In this document: in pieces, positions 9,810-18,514 of the stretch
Layout: the number at the start of each line of letters is the position of its first letter
Position numbering within the stretch: position 1 is the first letter of the stretch
IMG/VR virus record: IMGVR_UViG_3300027896_005002
Span: 251,488 to 315,487 of that record
Reading direction: 5' to 3' (one strand)
DNA from: a virus
Length of the DNA stretch: 64,000 bases
Notes under the pieces: model-generated
Databases searched by the model: none
The model's input: the letters and a program-made list of their open reading frames with translations, nothing else
Told to the model about the DNA's origin: nothing
Translations under genes and position numbers: made by a program

Positions 9810-11660
9810 TTATTCCTCTTTTATCAATCGATTCTCATACCACTTATCAAAATCATCCTGATCATAATCTAATTCTTTTAACACTTTACTCTCAATATTA
9901 AAATCCCTTATTGAAAAATCATAAATTGCAACACTTCTAGACATGCTCAAGAATCTCTCAAATAATAGTCCATGTATTATTGGATCAACATTCGTTATAT
10001 CTAAAAGATAACAAACAAGAGATCCTGCAGCACTCCCTCTAGCAGATCCTACGAGAACGTTATTCTGTTTTGCAAATTTAATATAATCTGCTACAATAAG
10101 AAAATAATCTGCCATATCTGTTTTTCGAATAACACTCAATTCTGTCTTCACTCGTTTTATATAAACATCATCCCATAAATCTGTTGCTTTTCTTTCCCAA
10201 CCTTCTCTGGCCATTTCTACAAGGTACTCATAACTACTTTGGTTATCTTTTGTCACAATTCTCGGCAATTTCTCTTTAGAATCCCAATCCCAAATATTTA
10301 CTTTATTTGCTACTTCTAAAGTATTATTCAATCCTTCAATTAATTCATCTGGTGTCATATATTTACTATGACCAGCATCCAAATATGTATCTATCATTTG
10401 ATGACGATCTTTAAACCATAAATCCTTTGTAGCAAATTCCCATACTCTCTTAAATTTCTTTTTGCCTGTAATAATTTCATATATCTCTTCAAATGAAATC
10501 CCATAATCTTTATTATAAGATGTTAGTCTAAATTCAGCAAATCGATCCAACTCTATAAAATCGCTGTGTATTTGTCTGACACAACTTTCTGTTTGTGTTT
10601 CACCGCATTTTTCTTTAATAGCATCTAGAATTTCTCCAATGGCATTCATTCGTTTTTTATCTTTCATTGTGACCTGTTGACCATCATCCTTTGATCCCAA
10701 CATTAGAGAAATTTCTTGCGCCTTTGAATCTTCTTTATCTAAATAATGAACGTCATTTGTTATGATGTATTTGATATTTAATTCTTTGGCAATATCTATT
10801 AAAATTCTGTTGACATATCGTTGTTTGTCAATATCAATTATCATGATTTCAATATAGAAGTCATCACCAAATATTTCTTTAAATTGTTTTGCAACTTCAA
10901 TTCCCGCTTTTTTAGCACTGTCAACATTATTATCTTCATTCCTTAAAATAGCATTATTTATTGAACCAGCAAGACATGCTGATGACACAATTAATCCTTC
11001 TTTATTTTCAGCTAAAAAATTGAATGCTGTCCGAGGTTTATAGTAGAATCCATTTCTTGCAGCATCAGATACTATTTTAATGATATTTCTTCGGCCTTTT
11101 TCATTTTTTGCCAGGAGGACAACATGTCGATTATATTTGAGATGATCACGTTGTTTTGATAATTCTTCTTGTTGTTGTTTTAATTTTTTTAGTTCTTCAC
11201 CAAAAGCTTCTTTTATTTCTGAAGAATCTAATTCAAGAATTTCTTCAACATTATTTTTACCCATTATATGATCAAATATTGCAATATTAGCATTCACTAA
11301 TTTTTGACTTATTTTCTTATTTACAATTTGTTTAACGACTTTCATCACGCTTTCTATTTTATCTATTTGAACTTCTAATTCTTTAACCAAATGTCGTTCA
11401 TTTTGCATGTACATTTCAACACCAACAATTGGTTTTAAATTATTAGATCTACAATACATAAAGAAAGAAGGATGAGCACCTATACTACCATGATCAGTTA
11501 TTGCAAGAGCTGACATTCCTATTTCAATTGCTTTTTTGGCATATTGTGTAGGTTTTCCAATACCATCTTTGAGAGAGAAATCACTATGAAGGTGTAAGTG
11601 AATAAAATCTTTTTTATCACCAGATGCATATAATTTTTGTTTTAGTTCTTCTAATTCCAT
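9810..11660 (-). CDS. dnaE: DNA polymerase III alpha (DnaE) family, N-terminal portion (PHP domain and start of palm)
   Basis: 616 aa starting ATG at 11660. Has the PHP motif HLHLHSDFSLKDGIGKP...ITDHGSIGAHP and ends with ...VGSARGSAAGSLVCYLLDITNVDPIIHGLLFERFLSMSR (DnaE GSAAGS/FERFLNPER region) before a stop. Confidence 0.85.
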   Translation of the reverse strand: MELEELKQKLYASGDKKDFIHLHLHSDFSLKDGIGKPTQYAKKAIEIGMSALAITDHGSIGAHPSFFMYCRSNNLKPIVGVEMYMQNERHLVKELEVQIDKIESVMKVVKQIVNKKISQKLVNANIAIFDHIMGKNNVEEILELDSSEIKEAFGEELKKLKQQQEELSKQRDHLKYNRHVVLLAKNEKGRRNIIKIVSDAARNGFYYKPRTAFNFLAENKEGLIVSSACLAGSINNAILRNEDNNVDSAKKAGIEVAKQFKEIFGDDFYIEIMIIDIDKQRYVNRILIDIAKELNIKYIITNDVHYLDKEDSKAQEISLMLGSKDDGQQVTMKDKKRMNAIGEILDAIKEKCGETQTESCVRQIHSDFIELDRFAEFRLTSYNKDYGISFEEIYEIITGKKKFKRVWEFATKDLWFKDRHQMIDTYLDAGHSKYMTPDELIEGLNNTLEVANKVNIWDWDSKEKLPRIVTKDNQSSYEYLVEMAREGWERKATDLWDDVYIKRVKTELSVIRKTDMADYFLIVADYIKFAKQNNVLVGSARGSAAGSLVCYLLDITNVDPIIHGLLFERFLSMSRSVAIYDFSIRDFNIESKVLKELDYDQDDFDKWYENRLIKEE

Positions 11661-12194
11661 TTATCTTAACAAGCTTTCTTGAGAGACTACAGTGTCTTTT
11701 CCATTACAAACACATTCCATTATTTGATTTTCTTTATCAGTCGATTTACTTGTTGAACTAGCATATGGAAGAAATTTACTTGCACAATTATGACATTCAA
11801 GAAATCCTAATCCTATTTCTTTTAATTCTTCTCCACAATTAAAGCAATAAAACATTGTGTGCTCAGTTATTTGATTACTAATTACAAAAGACTCAAGTCG
11901 TTTTCTTATAATTTCTAACTTATCTTCTTGTCCGAAAAAAGCACCTTGTAACGAACATTTAGGTCCATTTGTACCACATGTAAATGATAATTTATTATTT
12001 TCAAATTCTATTACTAAATATTCTAATTGATGACTAAAATAAAATACAAATTCGCCATCACTAATAGGTGGAAGTGCAGTCCATCCAACTACAGATTTAT
12101 TCCAAGTAGATTGAGGTCTGTTTTCTGATAAATCCATGTATTCTTTGAACAATCGTTCCAATTCATCTATTACTATTTTATCATTTATTATCAT
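11661..12194 (-). CDS. Hypothetical zinc-ribbon protein
   Basis: 177 aa with CFNCG...CHNC. Confidence 0.3.
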   Translation of the reverse strand: MIINDKIVIDELERLFKEYMDLSENRPQSTWNKSVVGWTALPPISDGEFVFYFSHQLEYLVIEFENNKLSFTCGTNGPKCSLQGAFFGQEDKLEIIRKRLESFVISNQITEHTMFYCFNCGEELKEIGLGFLECHNCASKFLPYASSTSKSTDKENQIMECVCNGKDTVVSQESLLR

Positions 12195-12195
12195 T

Positions 12196-12477
12196 TTATT
12201 TGATCCAAGTTAAAGACCAAGAATCACCAGGACGTTCAAATCTATTATCATATCGATGATAAAGGATTGGAAAATCAAGTTTGAAACATCCTTTCGGACA
12301 TGTGCATAAAACAGCTCGACCATATTTGGGATGAATACCTTCAAGCTCATCCCATTCTTTATCAGATAACTTTTCATCAGGTTTTTTATTTAATTCATCA
12401 ATGCGTTCTTGAGAAACTGATGAATGTTGTTCTAATTCAAATCCACATAAAGGACAATGCATTTTATCTCCAATCAA
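12196..12477 (-). CDS. Hypothetical zinc-ribbon protein
   Basis: 93 aa with CPLCG...CTCPKGC. Confidence 0.3.
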   Translation of the reverse strand: MIGDKMHCPLCGFELEQHSSVSQERIDELNKKPDEKLSDKEWDELEGIHPKYGRAVLCTCPKGCFKLDFPILYHRYDNRFERPGDSWSLTWIK

Positions 12478-13120
12478 TTAATTCTTTACCCATTTCCTTC
12501 AATAATTCATTGGTCTTCGAAAAATGTTTACATCCAAAAAATCCTCTTGATGCTGACAGCGGTGATGGATGATTTGCAGTCAAGATATGATTTCCATCAG
12601 CAATGTATTGCTGTTTCTTTTGTGCGTGATTACCCCATAACAGAAAAATAATGTCTTTTTTACTAGAAATTAATTGTATGACATTATTTGTAAATATTGA
12701 CCACCCAATGTGTGAATGCGACATTGGTTTATGAGCTTCAACAGTCAAAGCCGTATTTAATAAAAGAATGCCTTGTTGTGCCCAAGATGTTAAATCAGTT
12801 GATGTTTTCTCAATATTCAAATCATCTTTTAATTCTTTAAAAATATTCCTCAAGCTTGGTGGTTTTTTTATTCCTTGTGGCACCGAAAAACATAAACCAT
12901 GTGCTTGACCGTCATCATGATAAGGATCTTGACCTAAAATTACTATTTTTAATTTGTCAATAGAGCATTGATTAAATGCATTGAATATTAGATTTTGAGG
13001 AGGAAAAATTTGTGATGTTTTATATTCATTTTCAAGAAAAATTTCCATTTTTTTAAAATATAACTTATTGAATTCATTTTCAAAAAATTTAAACCATGAT
13101 TCTTCTATAAAATCTATCAT
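12464..13120 (-). CDS. ung: Uracil-DNA glycosylase, family 1
   Basis: VILGQDPYHDDGQAHGLCFSV, PPSLRNIFKEL, WAQQGILLLNTALTV and HPSPLSASRGFFGCKHFS are the canonical family-1 UDG motifs. The track start at 13123 is GTG; ATG at 13120 is the more likely start. Confidence 0.85.
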   Translation of the reverse strand: MIDFIEESWFKFFENEFNKLYFKKMEIFLENEYKTSQIFPPQNLIFNAFNQCSIDKLKIVILGQDPYHDDGQAHGLCFSVPQGIKKPPSLRNIFKELKDDLNIEKTSTDLTSWAQQGILLLNTALTVEAHKPMSHSHIGWSIFTNNVIQLISSKKDIIFLLWGNHAQKKQQYIADGNHILTANHPSPLSASRGFFGCKHFSKTNELLKEMGKELIDWR

Positions 13121-13125
13121 CACAA

Positions 13126-13374
13126 TTATTCACCATCTTCATATTTGATGTTGATATTAATGGGTATTTGACGTTTATAACTATTTGCGGCTTTTAGATT
13201 ATTTTTCTTAATATGCGCCCATATAACTTTTATTGTAGAAATATCAACTGTTTGGTTTTTCAAATTTGAATCAAGCTTTTTAAATACTAAATTCATTAAA
13301 CAATGTTTAGGATCAGCACCATTACCGCAACCTACTGTTAACCATTCACTACAAAGAGTATTTGAACATTTCAT
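13126..13374 (-). CDS. Hypothetical protein
   Basis: 82 aa ORF. Confidence 0.25.
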   Translation of the reverse strand: MKCSNTLCSEWLTVGCGNGADPKHCLMNLVFKKLDSNLKNQTVDISTIKVIWAHIKKNNLKAANSYKRQIPININIKYEDGE

Positions 13375-13377
13375 AAT

Positions 13378-14079
13378 TCATCCTTGCCAGTAGCAATATA
13401 AACATTTATGAGTACATCTTATTTTCTGAGTTAGTAATTCTTTCTTACTTGCTAAACATGCACAATGTTCTCGTTGACCTTTTGCAAAATCAATAAATTT
13501 GACACCTAAAATTTCACAATCAATTTTAGAAACACAGCCGGTACATTCAAAACCAGGTTCACCACAAACCTCTGGTTTTCCAAAATCTTCCCATATTTTC
13601 TTTCTTAATTCTAGTGGAGCATGAAAAGTACTCCATGGTAAACGTATCTTTAATTGATCAAATCGTTCCTTTACATGATCATATTGATCAATAAAAGATA
13701 TTCTTACTCTAGTTTTAACAATTTTTTGAGCTTTTTCTAGTACTTGTTCGGCTAATTTAGTACCAATATCAGTTGGAATAATTGGGTCTATTCGCAAAAC
13801 AATCCGTTCTGGTCCATAATAATCACAAAGTTTTTCAAATCCTTTTAATGATTCATTAGAATGAGGTACTTCACATTCATATATTGATTGACCAAGACCA
13901 GTAATAGTAGTATGAATAATTATATTAAATTGTTTTGAATTTGGAGTGTGTTCAAGAATGTCGAATAATTTATCAGGATCTTTAGTTATGAGGATTGCCG
14001 GCTTGTTGTCTTGGACCCATGGTAACCAAGCATGATCAAATACAGGATCTCCACGTTCTGTTATTCCAATTAGATTCAT
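13378..14079 (-). CDS. DUF1848-family putative 4Fe-4S protein
   Basis: GPERIVLRIDPIIPT and the C-terminal cluster CGEPGFECTGC...CACLASKK...CTHKCLYCYWQG match the DUF1848 pattern (GPERVIWRYDPII...CNCVVSKD...CxHGCRYCYA) recalled from archaeal and bacterial members. Confidence 0.55.
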   Translation of the reverse strand: MNLIGITERGDPVFDHAWLPWVQDNKPAILITKDPDKLFDILEHTPNSKQFNIIIHTTITGLGQSIYECEVPHSNESLKGFEKLCDYYGPERIVLRIDPIIPTDIGTKLAEQVLEKAQKIVKTRVRISFIDQYDHVKERFDQLKIRLPWSTFHAPLELRKKIWEDFGKPEVCGEPGFECTGCVSKIDCEILGVKFIDFAKGQREHCACLASKKELLTQKIRCTHKCLYCYWQG

Positions 14080-14813
14080 ACATGTAAGTTTGTATTTGAT
14101 AAAAAATGATCGACAATTCGTTGTACTAAATCAAAGTGCTTTTCATATAAATGACCACTATTAGATATCCAAATTAATTCACCAATGTCTAAAGAAGGAT
14201 ATACTATCTGTAAATCATGCAACATTCTTTCTTGAATTATAGCAAACCATGGAAAATCTGAAAAGAATCCATACATCATGTCAGAACTTCTCATTTCAAC
14301 CAATGAGATTAATTTATCATGTCTAATAAAAAACTGTTGACCTAATGTACAGATAAAATCTGACATTCCATTTTTATTATATTCTTGTTGTATTGAAGGT
14401 CTATTATAAATTATTATTGATCGTCTTGAAAATGAATTTTTTGATAATTCTGCTAATGCACTATCATATTGATTGAAATTTTCTTTACTGTAGACTAAAT
14501 AACCATAATTACTATTTATTACTTGTTGTTCATCTTTAGAACAAACATTTAACCAAAGTTTGGCATGTTTGGCTATTTCTTTTACTGAAAGATCTTGACT
14601 ATCATACCATTCAATTTCATGTTGTATGTATTCCACAGGTGATTTTCTTATACCGAATAAATCAAGAAATTTTTGTGTAGGGTCAAGACTCATTTTCAAA
14701 CCAAGAACTTCAACTGTTTTGACGCCTGTTTTGTCTATTACAAAATCATTATTTTTGATTTTATTGTAAAAAGGCAATAAAGCATTTTCAATAAAAATTT
14801 GTTCATTTTTCAT
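14076..14813 (-). CDS. Deoxycytidylate 5-hydroxymethyltransferase (T4 gp42-like dCMP hydroxymethylase)
   Basis: Close to the T4 gp42 sequence as recalled. FVIDKTGVKTVEV matches FVVDKTGVKTIEI. INSNYGYLVYSKENFNQYDSALAELSKNSFSRRSIIIYNRPSIQQEYNKNGMSDFICT matches INSNYGWAIWSEDNYAQYDMCLAELGQNPDSRRGIMIYTRPSMQFDYNKDGMSDFMCT. Confidence 0.8.
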   Translation of the reverse strand: MKNEQIFIENALLPFYNKIKNNDFVIDKTGVKTVEVLGLKMSLDPTQKFLDLFGIRKSPVEYIQHEIEWYDSQDLSVKEIAKHAKLWLNVCSKDEQQVINSNYGYLVYSKENFNQYDSALAELSKNSFSRRSIIIYNRPSIQQEYNKNGMSDFICTLGQQFFIRHDKLISLVEMRSSDMMYGFFSDFPWFAIIQERMLHDLQIVYPSLDIGELIWISNSGHLYEKHFDLVQRIVDHFLSNTNLHV

Positions 14814-14855
14814 AATAGTTTTTATTTATATTTTTTGTCGTCACTTTTACAATAA

Positions 14856-14887
14856 ACAAAAAAAAGACTGATGCTTTTGACATCAGC
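14856..14887 (-). terminator. Rho-independent terminator downstream of the HU gene
   Basis: Hairpin ctgatg / catcag with a 7-nt loop, followed on the minus strand by a T-run (revcomp of aacaaaaaaaag). Confidence 0.5.
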
Positions 14888-14914
14888 CTTTTTAGTAATC
14901 ACGTGAAGAATTGT

Positions 14915-15301
14915 TTATTCTTCAGCTGAATCTTCGACGTACTTTTCAAGTTCGATAACGCCATTAACCAGCTGTTTGAGATTCTTTAACGGTCTGAATT
15001 TCACGACGTCCTTGGCAGGAATACTGACCATTTTACCAAAGGATTTACGATCCCGTGCTTCTCTGTGAAGCTTCACGAATTTTCCAAAACCAGGGATCTT
15101 CACATAGCCTTTTTCAAGAAGTCCTTTCTTGACTGAGTATACAACTGCTTGAATTGCAACTTTGGATTCCCTACGGGATAGACCCGTTACTTCTTGCACG
15201 ACTGAAATAAGATCCGGCATTCTGAACTGATCACTCTTTGCACGACGTTTCTTCGTCGTCTTTTCAGTTTTTTCTGTGGCTGCTGCCTTGTCTTTTGCCA
15301 T
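14915..15301 (-). CDS. HU/IHF-family DNA-binding protein with Lys-rich N-terminal extension
   Basis: ...GYVKIPGFGKFVKLHREARDRKSFGKMVSIPAKDVVKFRPLKNLK matches the HU signature (GFGxFxxxxRxxRxGRNPxTGxxIxIPAxxVxxFKxxKxLK). GC visibly higher than the flanks. SD GGAGG before the ATG. Confidence 0.8.
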   Translation of the reverse strand: MAKDKAAATEKTEKTTKKRRAKSDQFRMPDLISVVQEVTGLSRRESKVAIQAVVYSVKKGLLEKGYVKIPGFGKFVKLHREARDRKSFGKMVSIPAKDVVKFRPLKNLKQLVNGVIELEKYVEDSAEE

Positions 15302-15526
15302 AAAAATCCTCCCATACGTTAAAGTTAAGTGAACTAAAAATCAATCTAAAGTGTTAAACTACATATTATTACTATACTCGATTTTTTTTAAAATTTACAA
15401 TTTACCTCAATTAATGTACTATCACAGTTGTATAATTACAAAATGCTACAGATAGCATTTACTACAGCATTCAAAATTCATTGATTTTAAGAAATAATGA
15501 GGTGTTAATGTGAAGATCGAAGATTT

Positions 15527-15994
15527 TTATAATTCTAAAATTTCAAATCCATTTAAGGCAGCATTTGTTATTGCATCTTCTTTTGTGTCACAAACCATAA
15601 GAAGTAATCCGTCCTCACCATCTTTAATGGAATTAATTATGGCTTGGTCATCTTTTATCCATAATGCAAATTTTTCTAATCTACCATCTTCATTTTCAAC
15701 TTGAACAATTATACCTTCAGAATCATCTAACAAATCTTGAAATTTACCGACAAGATACTCAAGTATTGTTTTGTCATCATTACAGTTAATCAATTCTTTC
15801 TCAAGATCTGATTTATCATCAAGATAAGTTATCGCTTTCGTTAAACATCTAGCTACAACTTCAGGATACATTATTTTACCCATAATTCTTTCATATGTGT
15901 CAATACATGATTGACTATTTCGTAATTGACCACCTACGCAACCTGCACTTCTTGCAGGACAACTATTACATGGTGGAGGACTAAATTCTAACAT
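15527..15994 (-). CDS. Hypothetical protein with N-terminal Cys cluster
   Basis: PPCNSCPARSAGCVGG...SCID; no family assigned. Confidence 0.3.
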   Translation of the reverse strand: MLEFSPPPCNSCPARSAGCVGGQLRNSQSCIDTYERIMGKIMYPEVVARCLTKAITYLDDKSDLEKELINCNDDKTILEYLVGKFQDLLDDSEGIIVQVENEDGRLEKFALWIKDDQAIINSIKDGEDGLLLMVCDTKEDAITNAALNGFEILEL

Positions 15995-16008
15995 TTGCTT
16001 TCAGAATC

Positions 16009-16920
16009 CTATGAAAAATTTGCTACAAATGTTTCAAACTCTCTAATAAAAGAATTAAACTCATATTTCTTAAACATAGTCTTCAATTTAAGAAAATCAG
16101 GTTTTACTTTTGAATCTACTGTAATATCCATATCTGTACAAATTGTAACTAATTTTTTATTTAATATCAATTGCTCTTTATGCTTATTTATTTTTTCTTG
16201 TAATTTACTACTAATAGGCTTCTTAACACCATCAGAAGCAAATTTGTAATGTATATCGACTTTAACAATATCCTCAATATTTCCATTACACTGTATCAAT
16301 TCCTTTGATGTCTTTTTTCCTATACCATCAATCCCATTAATATTGTCGGTAGAATCACCGTTTAATGCTAAATAATCTACAAATAAACTTGGCGGAATGC
16401 CATATCTCTCTTTTACTACTTCTGGTGTCATAATCCTATCAGCACCATCTTCACCTTGTCGAGGATTAACAACGTTCACATTTTGACTAACCAACTGATT
16501 GAAATCCTTATCTCCAGAAATAATAAGTACTTTGTAGCCGAATTTTCTAGATTTCTTAGTAAGAACACCAATTATATCATCTGCTTCAGTATTAGATATT
16601 TGAATTTGCCTCACACCTAATAAAGTTAAAAATTCTTTAGTTAATTGCAATTGGTAAATGAATTCATTTGACCGTGGTTCTCTATTAGCTTTATATTCAG
16701 CATATATTTCTTTTCGAAAATTCGATCCTCCACCATCCCAAACAACTACCATTATATCACTTGGATATGTTGATGCAATTATTCTTAATGAATTTAGAAA
16801 ACCAAAAGTAGCACCAACAAATACTGTTTCATTATCAACAATACATTTTAAATGTTGAAAGGATGGAACATGAAATGTTCGACTTAAAAGATGATTCGCA
16901 TCAATTAAAACCGTTCGCAT
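16009..16920 (-). CDS. 5'-3' exonuclease / flap endonuclease (Pol I 5'-nuclease, T4 RNase H / T5 D15-like)
   Basis: EADDIIG, ISGDKD and the HhH-type INGIDGIGKKTSKEL motif. Confidence 0.8.
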   Translation of the reverse strand: MRTVLIDANHLLSRTFHVPSFQHLKCIVDNETVFVGATFGFLNSLRIIASTYPSDIMVVVWDGGGSNFRKEIYAEYKANREPRSNEFIYQLQLTKEFLTLLGVRQIQISNTEADDIIGVLTKKSRKFGYKVLIISGDKDFNQLVSQNVNVVNPRQGEDGADRIMTPEVVKERYGIPPSLFVDYLALNGDSTDNINGIDGIGKKTSKELIQCNGNIEDIVKVDIHYKFASDGVKKPISSKLQEKINKHKEQLILNKKLVTICTDMDITVDSKVKPDFLKLKTMFKKYEFNSFIREFETFVANFS

Positions 16921-17255
16921 TATAATACTACTAAATCTGGAAGTGGTTGAATTTTTGTTATATATCCATTGGCATATGCCGACAGTTGTATTCTACCTAA
17001 TTTAGAAATAAGTTCAATTCGTTGATCAACATCCTTTATTGTAGTCAAAGAAGACTGTAAATGTTTTATACAATTTAAAACCCAATCTTTATCTTTTCCA
17101 TATTTCAAATGTTCTATTAATGAAGGTATTACTTGACGACAAGCATTGTTAATAACTTCTGATTTTTTTGTATGACAATTAAATCTTTTATGTTCATGCA
17201 AAAAAGTTTTTAATAACTCTTCTACATCACTATCTATATCTATAGTTGTTCTCAT
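16920..17255 (-). CDS. Hypothetical protein
   Basis: 111 aa ORF. Confidence 0.3.
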   Translation of the reverse strand: MRTTIDIDSDVEELLKTFLHEHKRFNCHTKKSEVINNACRQVIPSLIEHLKYGKDKDWVLNCIKHLQSSLTTIKDVDQRIELISKLGRIQLSAYANGYITKIQPLPDLVVL

Positions 17256-17325
17256 ACATCTCTCTTTAATTATATTTGTTCTTCAAACTATTTTCATCTC
17301 TATATTTTTCACTAACTCTTCTTTT

Positions 17326-17850
17326 TTAGGCTTCATGTTCCGATTTTTCAGTCATATCAATTTTTTTTAATATCTTATCTGAATCCTGCCAGTTAATGCC
17401 GAATTGTTCGAGAATAAAATCGAAATCTTGAATATTGTGTTTTATACATTTTCTAAATTCTTTTTTATTTAATTCATCAAAGCCGCCTGGCGGTATATGA
17501 AGTAACTCATGTAAAATTAATACATATTTTGTTGACATGTCAATAACTAACCAATTTTCCATGTGTACAGTAAGTACATAATCTAGATCGGTAAATAAAC
17601 CATACATAGGTTTCATACCGTAGATTTTTGCTTGATAGCTACATTTTTTCTTTGAAAAGCCAAGATAACCAATTCTACTTGGTTTGAGATGACTTAATTT
17701 TTCTGAAAATTTTTCTATTAATTGTGATACAATTGGTTTAATGTCAGAATCACGTTTTTCCCATTTAGGTAATTGAATTCCACCAACATCACTAACTGCC
17801 ACTTTTTGAGAGTCTTGAATGTCATCTTCAGCAACAGGTCTTTTTGCCAT
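17326..17850 (-). CDS. Putative HExxH metal-dependent hydrolase
   Basis: ILHELLHIPPGG contains an HExxH zinc-binding motif; otherwise unassigned. Confidence 0.3.
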   Translation of the reverse strand: MAKRPVAEDDIQDSQKVAVSDVGGIQLPKWEKRDSDIKPIVSQLIEKFSEKLSHLKPSRIGYLGFSKKKCSYQAKIYGMKPMYGLFTDLDYVLTVHMENWLVIDMSTKYVLILHELLHIPPGGFDELNKKEFRKCIKHNIQDFDFILEQFGINWQDSDKILKKIDMTEKSEHEA

Positions 17851-18199
17851 AATTACTCCTTTTTAGATATTTGTATACTTTAACCGAGTGCGCGATTAAG
17901 CGTGAAATTGCACAATCTTTATAATTCCAGCGCCAACCTTATCGCCAGCACCTTTTATCACTTATCACGCCCTACGGTATGACTTAAATTCTTTATTCTT
18001 TGAATTATCATTTTTTCTTTTTCTACAAGATCAATATCAACCTCTTCATTGTCGTCATTTGTATCATCTTGTTTTTTATCCTCATCGTCTGACATGTTAT
18101 CCTCTTTATAAACATTGTATTTCTCGTTCAGAAAACAAACAATAACTATTACGTTATTATAATTTACTTTTCAAAATTTAATTTTTACGTTTGGGACAG

Positions 18200-18514
18200 T
18201 TAATCAGATTTGCAAATTGGATAGAAGAATCTGCCTCGAGAATTGCCAACGCCAGCAAACTTATAATTTACCCAATATTCTATTAAAGAATCATTGACTT
18301 CTAAATAAAGACTCATAGAACATATATAATAAGCTTTTTTATTAGTATTTACCCAATAAATATTTTGATCACCATTTTGACCTATTAATTTTATATCTAT
18401 TATAGTGCCTGCAGAACGTACTTCAATATTATCATTAAAGCTACAAACAATTGACGCTATAATTAATAAAAATAAACAACATTTTTTTAAAACATGCATG
18501 CTTCTAAAAACCAT
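18200..18514 (-). CDS. Small secreted protein (signal peptide)
   Basis: 104 aa; N-terminal hydrophobic segment KKCCLFLLIIASIVCSF. Confidence 0.35.
   Translation of the reverse strand: MVFRSMHVLKKCCLFLLIIASIVCSFNDNIEVRSAGTIIDIKLIGQNGDQNIYWVNTNKKAYYICSMSLYLEVNDSLIEYWVNYKFAGVGNSRGRFFYPICKSD

Noticed and set aside
4288-11660. Possible split intein at the dnaE break (as in cyanobacterial split DnaE)
   Set aside because: The N-fragment tail after FERFLSMSR has no Cys/Ser/Thr-initiated N-intein block. The C-fragment lacks a terminal His-Asn followed by Cys/Ser/Thr before the extein. The junction instead shows duplicated, decayed extein sequence.
17871-18000. Locally GC-richer intergenic stretch as a possible small RNA
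   Set aside because: Partly explained by a 45-codon acidic ORF (about 17956..18093, minus strand). No convincing conserved secondary structure or terminator was identified.
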